A DNA stretch of 64,000 nt from assembly GCF_009936135.1 (NCBI RefSeq), contig NZ_CP047901.1:563354-627353 (forward strand). The letters are read 5' to 3'. This DNA comes from Candidatus Chazhemtobacterium aquaticus. GTDB taxonomy: Bacteria > Patescibacteriota > Microgenomatia > UBA1400 > Chazhemtobacteraceae. The notes below the pieces were generated by a model that did no database searches, had not been told where the DNA came from, and saw only the letters and a program-made list of their open reading frames with translations. Positions 58,453 through 64,000 of the stretch are shown piece by piece. Position 1 is the first letter of the stretch. Every line of letters begins with the position of its first letter. A program made the translations under genes and the position numbers.

Positions 58453-58935
58453 CTATGCCTTTAATCTGCTATTTACCGATCCGTGTGTCAAAGCCACTGC
58501 TAAGGCATCAGCTGCGTCATCAGGTTTGGGTGTCTCCTTAAGGCCCAAGATTCTAACTACCATTAACTCAACCTGTTTTTTGTCAGCCTTACCATATCCA
58601 GTTACCGCTGACTTCACCTGTAGGGGAGTGTAACTATAAATAGGCAATTTCTTGTGCCTGCCAGCCAACAACACTACACCTCTAGCCTGACCCACACTCA
58701 TAGCCGTCTTGGCATTGGTAGCAAAGAATAAATCCTCGACCGCCACTTCATCCGGCTTGTACTCATCAATCAGCTCACCGATTCGTTTATATATCAATTC
58801 CAGTCTCTCCACCAACTCACTGTTAGCCTTAGTCTCAAAACAGCCATAAGCCACCATCCTCTCCTTCCCACCATTCTTATCCAGCACCCCCCAACCAGTT
58901 CTACCTGTTCCCGGATCAATTCCTAGTATCCTCAT
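58453..58935 (-). CDS. ruvC: Crossover junction endodeoxyribonuclease RuvC
   Basis: ILGIDPG, AVEDLFF, GQARG, PDDAADALAVA. Confidence 0.97.
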   Translation of the reverse strand: MRILGIDPGTGRTGWGVLDKNGGKERMVAYGCFETKANSELVERLELIYKRIGELIDEYKPDEVAVEDLFFATNAKTAMSVGQARGVVLLAGRHKKLPIYSYTPLQVKSAVTGYGKADKKQVELMVVRILGLKETPKPDDAADALAVALTHGSVNSRLKA

Positions 58936-59020
58936 CACCTCATTCTAACAAAGAAAAAACATAATATCCCATAGTCAGTATGGCGTTTAATATTAATCAC
59001 TCATCCTGTATTCTCATACC

Positions 59021-59800
59021 ATGGCTATCAAGCTCAACCACCAACTAAATATCATTAAGGACTCACCTGCTAGTTTCATATTCCTTCACGGGTTAGGTGG
59101 CAATCTCAAGGCGTGGAATCCCATAGTCAGTGAGTTAAATCAACTGGGATATACCACTCTAAGCTTTGATCTTCCAGGACATGGCGATTCTCCAAATACT
59201 TTCTCACTTTCCGACTACACCCAAACAAGCATTGTCCATCAAGTTCACCAGGTTGTTGCCAAATACAAGCTAACCAACCCCATCCTAGTAGGGCACTGTT
59301 ATGGTGGCTTCTCCGCCCTGACCTACGCTCATCTCTATCCCAAAGACGTAAAAAGGTTGGTTTTAATCAGCACCACCTACAAACTCTTCACTCCTAAACA
59401 CTCACTTAATTCAAGATTCATCAAAATGGTTATCCTCTCACTTCTTAAAAACTTAGTTCCATCAAGGCATCAATCATACATACGAGACTGGGATTTAATC
59501 AGGCTGTTTCGTGAGATTATCAAAACTACACCCTTAGGCTATTCTCTTTCAGTCCTAGGGGCCTTAAGTTTTAATGCCACCAAATATCTGGCAAACATCA
59601 GTTGTCCTACTCACGTCATCCATGGGGTAGGGGACAGTGTCATCCCTTATACACTAGCCAAAGAACTAGCTCAAAAGATACCTAAATCAAGCCTAATCTT
59701 GGTTCCCCAAGCCAATCATATTATCGTTATCAATCAGCCGCAGACAATCGCCAAGCTGCTACGCAAAGTGGGTCAGTCAATAAAACAGACTGGCATATAA
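59021..59800 (+). CDS. Alpha/beta hydrolase with Cys at the nucleophile elbow
   Basis: FLHGLGG, DLPGHG, GHCYGG, HG..D, H. Confidence 0.88.
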   Translation: MAIKLNHQLNIIKDSPASFIFLHGLGGNLKAWNPIVSELNQLGYTTLSFDLPGHGDSPNTFSLSDYTQTSIVHQVHQVVAKYKLTNPILVGHCYGGFSALTYAHLYPKDVKRLVLISTTYKLFTPKHSLNSRFIKMVILSLLKNLVPSRHQSYIRDWDLIRLFREIIKTTPLGYSLSVLGALSFNATKYLANISCPTHVIHGVGDSVIPYTLAKELAQKIPKSSLILVPQANHIIVINQPQTIAKLLRKVGQSIKQTGI

Positions 59801-59840
59801 TCGGTATAATCAAGCTATTAACATTTGTAACACGCTAAAT

Positions 59841-60227
59841 ATGCCAGGTTTTCACACCCATCTCGAAGACGAGACCGTCAACAATCAAAACTTTAGAAAA
59901 GTTCTTTTCACCGCGAATAATACTCAGCTAGTCGTCATGAGCCTAGAACCAGGTCAGGACATTGGCATGGAGATCCATCCTGACAATGATCAGTTCTTCA
60001 GAGTTGACCAAGGAGAAGGTAAAGCCATCATCAATGACCAGGAGTTTATCCTCCAAGATGGTGATGCCATCATTATCCCAGCAGGAGCAGAACACAACAT
60101 CATCAATACTTCACAGGAAGCATATCTCAAGCTCTACACCCTCTACTCACCTCCTCATCACCCCGATGGCACCATTCACCCCACTAAGGCAGATGCCATT
60201 GCTGCCGAGGAAGCCGAGGGTCACTAA
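59841..60227 (+). CDS. Cupin domain protein
   Basis: QLVVMSL, EIHPDNDQFFRV, PAGAEHN, YSPPHH. Confidence 0.9.
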   Translation: MPGFHTHLEDETVNNQNFRKVLFTANNTQLVVMSLEPGQDIGMEIHPDNDQFFRVDQGEGKAIINDQEFILQDGDAIIIPAGAEHNIINTSQEAYLKLYTLYSPPHHPDGTIHPTKADAIAAEEAEGH

Positions 60228-60399
60228 TAAAAGCCACCCCCTATCTTTTCTAGTAAGAAGGCTGTATAATGTCCTATATTGTTCTAAGAATTAGGCCATT
60301 AGCCTCAATCCTGTTAGACCCGTCCGCCTCTTTGGCATAAGACCGATTGTCTACCTTGAACTTCTACTAGGGCAATCGGGGAGTTTCCCCCTTACAAAA

Positions 60400-61608
60400 A
60401 TGTATCAACAGCGAAATAGTTTTCGTTCTGGCTCTCGTGGCCGTCATAATCGATCTAACTCGAATCGTTCTTTTGGGCATAATCGATCTGGCCGTGGCCG
60501 CTTTCAGCCAAAGCAGTTAGATCCTCGTCTCTTCATAAAACCAGCTGATGCTGTTCAAAGTGAAGTGGCCCCCGTCACCAGTACCTTTAGTGACTTCAAG
60601 CTACCCAAACAGCTAGTCACCAATCTATCCAGTATGGGTTTTGACACTCCAACACCCATCCAGGATCAAGCCTTAACCCCCATCCTTAATGGCCATGATC
60701 TAATTGGTTTAGCTGATACCGGTACTGGCAAAACTATAGCTTTTGTTCTCCCCATTCTGGCTAAATTAATAAAAGACCCTGCTCAAAATGCTCTAATCAT
60801 TGCTCCCACTAGAGAGCTAGCTGTCCAGATCAAAGATGATATTAAAGCGCTTAGTAATGGTCTTCCCATCAAAACTGTCCTGTTAATTGGTGGTACTGGC
60901 ATCTATCGTCAGATCCAAGAGCTTAAGCGCAATCCTCACATCTTCATCGGCACCCCAGGCAGACTCAAAGACCTGCATGAACGTGGTTCACTCAATCTAA
61001 ACAACACTCATACAATCGTACTAGATGAGATGGACCGCATGCTGGATATGGGATTTGTCAAAGACATAACCAAGTTGTTAAGTTTCTTACCCAAAGAGCG
61101 CCAGACCTTGCTCTTCTCCACCACCATAGATGATCGAGTAGAGGGTATAGCTCATACTTTCATGAACAATCCGCTAAAAATCTCGGTCAAAACTGGTGCT
61201 ACAGCTCAGAATGTAGATCAGGATGTTGTTCATCTCTCTGGTTCAGACAAGATAAGTGTCCTAAAGGAATTGCTTAAACAACAGCGATTCCAGAAAGTCT
61301 TGATCTTTGGCCGTACCAAATACGGAGTAGAGAAGTTAAGTGTCACTCTATCTCAAAACGGCTTTTCAGTTGGAGCTATTCACGGTAACAAAAGGCAGTC
61401 TCAACGCCAAAGGGTTCTCACCGACTTCAAAACCGATCGAATCAACATTCTAGTTGCCACCGATGTTGCAGCCAGAGGTATTGATGTTAAAGACATCACC
61501 CATGTCATCAACTACGACCAACCTGATACCTACGCAGACTATATCCATCGTATTGGCAGAACTGGAAGAGCGGGAAAGACTGGACAAGCACTAACTTTTG
61601 TTGAGTAA
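60400..61608 (+). CDS. DEAD-box RNA helicase
   Basis: PTPIQ, TGTGKT, PTRELA, TPGR, DEMD, HRIGRTGRAG. Confidence 0.96.
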   Translation: MYQQRNSFRSGSRGRHNRSNSNRSFGHNRSGRGRFQPKQLDPRLFIKPADAVQSEVAPVTSTFSDFKLPKQLVTNLSSMGFDTPTPIQDQALTPILNGHDLIGLADTGTGKTIAFVLPILAKLIKDPAQNALIIAPTRELAVQIKDDIKALSNGLPIKTVLLIGGTGIYRQIQELKRNPHIFIGTPGRLKDLHERGSLNLNNTHTIVLDEMDRMLDMGFVKDITKLLSFLPKERQTLLFSTTIDDRVEGIAHTFMNNPLKISVKTGATAQNVDQDVVHLSGSDKISVLKELLKQQRFQKVLIFGRTKYGVEKLSVTLSQNGFSVGAIHGNKRQSQRQRVLTDFKTDRINILVATDVAARGIDVKDITHVINYDQPDTYADYIHRIGRTGRAGKTGQALTFVE

Positions 61609-61614
61609 AAACAA

Positions 61615-61640
61615 ATAAGTATCATAAACTTGATACTTAT
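61615..61640. terminator. Hairpin between convergent helicase and tRNA genes
   Basis: ATAAGTATCA-6-TGATACTTAT perfect inverted repeat. Confidence 0.55.
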
Positions 61641-61668
61641 ATCTTCAATCCATCATATTCAATCTGTG

Positions 61669-61740
61669 TGACCCCACGGGGAATCGAACCCCGATTACCA
61701 GGATGAAAACCTGGCGTCCTAGCCGTTAGACGATGGGGCC
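61669..61740 (-). tRNA. tRNA-Glu(TTC)
   Basis: CCAGG-TTTTCAT-CCTGG. Confidence 0.95.
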
Positions 61741-61756
61741 TCGGAAGTAAAAAGAG

Positions 61757-61831
61757 TGGGTCCACTGGGATTCGAACCCAGGACACCCTGCTTAAAAGGC
61801 AGGTGCTCTAACCAGGCTGAGCTATGGACCC
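61757..61831 (-). tRNA. tRNA-Lys(TTT)
   Basis: CCTGC-CTTTTAA-GCAGG. Confidence 0.95.
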
Positions 61832-61889
61832 ATTACCTTCACGACCAGACCATTACGATCTGTTCGTTATTTTACCATTTTCATGCCTC

Positions 61890-62420
61890 TTACCTGACGA
61901 AAACCTTCTCCTTGCGTTGAATTTTCTTCTTCTTGTCAGCTTTTTTCTTCTCTTTACCAGCCTGATCAGCCTTCTTGGCTAGTCTTTGTTCCTTAGCCGC
62001 CTTAGCTGCTCTTCTAGCAATTAGTTCCTCTTCGCTGGTCATCTCTTCCTTAACCACTACCTGTTCCTCTATATTCTGTGATACACCCTTAACAAAGCTA
62101 TCTTTAACTTTGGTTGCTCTCTTACCTTCTCTACCTCTCAAGTATCCCAAGTGAGCTCGTCTGACCTGACCTCTCTTGGTTACCTCTACCTTGGTTACGG
62201 TAGGGGACTCCTCAGGAAAAATTCTCTCAACCCCAATACCACCTGCTGCGATCTTTCTCACTGTAAATGACTTTAAGCCACCATGACCCTTGATGCGAAC
62301 TACCAACCCTTCAAAAATCTGAATTCTGGTCTTGTTACCTTCTCTAACGGTCTGGTGAACTCTGATAGTATCGCCTGAACCAAATTTAACTTGATCTCTC
62401 CAATTTAATATGTTTGCCAT
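61890..62420 (-). CDS. rplS: 50S ribosomal protein L19 with charged C-terminal extension
   Basis: GDTIRVH, RIQIFEG, FTVRK, GVERIFP, VRRA. Confidence 0.95.
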   Translation of the reverse strand: MANILNWRDQVKFGSGDTIRVHQTVREGNKTRIQIFEGLVVRIKGHGGLKSFTVRKIAAGGIGVERIFPEESPTVTKVEVTKRGQVRRAHLGYLRGREGKRATKVKDSFVKGVSQNIEEQVVVKEEMTSEEELIARRAAKAAKEQRLAKKADQAGKEKKKADKKKKIQRKEKVFVR

Positions 62421-62507
62421 TTTTATGTCTTTAATCGGTTAAAACTAGACTCAAATTTTATCAGGTTATGCCTCAAGGTACAAGAGTCTTGCTTTATCCC
62501 TCTTTTT

Positions 62508-64000
62508 TTATGAGAGTAGTTTGGCCACTTGTTCCCTTACCTCATCACTAAAATCAACTCCATAAGGCAGATCAATGATCTTAGGGCCTCCTCCGTTTGG
62601 TACCACCACTCTGACGTGATCATCCCCTGGGTTCTCCTTTAACAGCTTACTGATCATCATTAACACCTCCTTATCAGTTCCCCTGGGAATCTCTATTTCC
62701 TTGACCTCCTTTTCTTCCTTGCTTACATCCACATACTCAACCTCATTGATCACTAGATTGATTGTCTCCTCACGGTAATCCACCTTACCAGTCACCAGCA
62801 CCGACTTATCTTCCTCCCACAGTTCCTTAGTCTCTGCATAAAGCTTAGGAAACACCACCCCATCAACCACCGAGGTGTCATCCTCCAACCTGACAAAGGC
62901 CATTAAGTCATTGTTCTTTTTAGTCACCACCTGTCTTACTTTTATAACCATGCCACCCAAGGTGACTGTCTGACCAATGTGATGTTCTGGATCAAGCTGA
63001 TTAATCCGATGAGTCACTCTCTGAGCCACTCTAGCCATGATGCTCTTTACCGGGTTATCACTCAAGTAAAAACCCAATAGTTCCTTCTCAAACTTAAGCT
63101 TATCTCGCAGTGGCCACTCGGCTACCTCAGGTAAGCTGTCTGCCAACCTCATTGGATCACTCTCTGTCTCAATTTGCCCAAACAAACTGTCCTGCCCCTC
63201 ACTTTTCTTCTTCTGCATACTAGCTGCTTTGTTGCGGATCTCATCTACACCGGCAATCAAAGCTGCTCGGTTACCAAACGCATCAAAAGCACCCGCTTTA
63301 ATCAAACTCTCAATCACTTTTTTATTTACTTTCCTGGCGTCCACCCGGCTGCAGAAATCAGCCAAACTAGTGAACTTAAGCTTATCTCTCTCCTCAAGAA
63401 TCGCTCCCACAGCTGCTTCACCCACATTCTTAATCGCTCCCAACCCAAATCTGATCACCTGCTCGCCATCCTGTTCCACAATCGTAAATCCGGTTAAGGA
63501 TTCGTTAATATCAGGAGCCAGAATAGTGATGCCCATCCGATCACACTCAGCTATTGCCTCCACCAGCTTATCTGTATTACCAGCCTCTGCCGTTAACAAG
63601 GCAGTCATGTACTCAACTGGATAGTTAGCTTTCAAGTAAGCCGTCCAGTAACTAACCATTCCATACGAAGCAGCGTGAGAGTTGTGTACCACCACATCAT
63701 TGGCCAAAAAGTTATGCTCACCTGTTAAGGTTAGGTCGTAAGTCATTTCCTTTCCCTGTTTCTCTACCCCCACCACCTCATCCCAGAAAACATCCGCCTC
63801 TATTAGCCTTCTTAAGGTTTCGGATTCCAACACCTCATTAATTTTGGTTAAAACCTCCCTGGTATATCCGCGTTTTCTCCTATCATCAGAAAACAATCTC
63901 TTTGACAATCCAGTTTGAGAAACCATCTCCTCTACACCAAAACCCTTTTCTTTCATCTCCTCTCGAATTAACCTAAGCACTCCAATCGGTATGGTATCTA
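62508..64000 (-). CDS. dnaE: DNA polymerase III alpha subunit, 3' part (5' end off window), intein-containing
   Basis: SHAASY..YLKANYP.EY, PDINES, IRFGL.AIK.VG, EKELLG.Y.S, OB fold; frame open to the window edge. Confidence 0.95.
   Translation of the reverse strand, partial: DTIPIGVLRLIREEMKEKGFGVEEMVSQTGLSKRLFSDDRRKRGYTREVLTKINEVLESETLRRLIEADVFWDEVVGVEKQGKEMTYDLTLTGEHNFLANDVVVHNSHAASYGMVSYWTAYLKANYPVEYMTALLTAEAGNTDKLVEAIAECDRMGITILAPDINESLTGFTIVEQDGEQVIRFGLGAIKNVGEAAVGAILEERDKLKFTSLADFCSRVDARKVNKKVIESLIKAGAFDAFGNRAALIAGVDEIRNKAASMQKKKSEGQDSLFGQIETESDPMRLADSLPEVAEWPLRDKLKFEKELLGFYLSDNPVKSIMARVAQRVTHRINQLDPEHHIGQTVTLGGMVIKVRQVVTKKNNDLMAFVRLEDDTSVVDGVVFPKLYAETKELWEEDKSVLVTGKVDYREETINLVINEVEYVDVSKEEKEVKEIEIPRGTDKEVLMMISKLLKENPGDDHVRVVVPNGGGPKIIDLPYGVDFSDEVREQVAKLLS
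63681..64000 (-). mobile_element. Intein, C-terminal portion, in dnaE
   Basis: Block F/G: VFWDEVV...TYDLTL...HNFLANDVVVHN followed by Ser+1. Confidence 0.92.

Overview
64-kb piece of a small, compact bacterial genome that looks like Patescibacteria/CPR (Microgenomates-like). This is inferred from the gene repertoire, short HolA, HhH-less UvrC, DUF4012, apparent leaderless genes and strong C>G skew on the + strand. Contents in order: an AT-rich surface-glycan locus (1-12 kb); a cobalamin-riboswitch-controlled operon encoding what looks like a split, membrane-tethered transcobalamin/intrinsic-factor-like B12 trap plus an ECF-S-component-like transporter (14.4-17.1 kb, the most interesting system); an ABC-2 exporter; a divergent cluster of 14 tRNAs containing two paralogous Zn-finger HNH endonuclease genes, one split by a truncated IS200/IS605 tnpA insertion and absent from the ORF track; secG; uvrC/uvrA/uvrB/lexA with a shared candidate LexA operator; 2-oxoacid:ferredoxin oxidoreductase, acetyl-CoA synthetase and glycolysis/gluconeogenesis genes; ruvCAB; a DEAD-box helicase; rplS; and the 3' part of an intein-containing dnaE. 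17 tRNAs in total. All calls come from manual motif reading with no database search.
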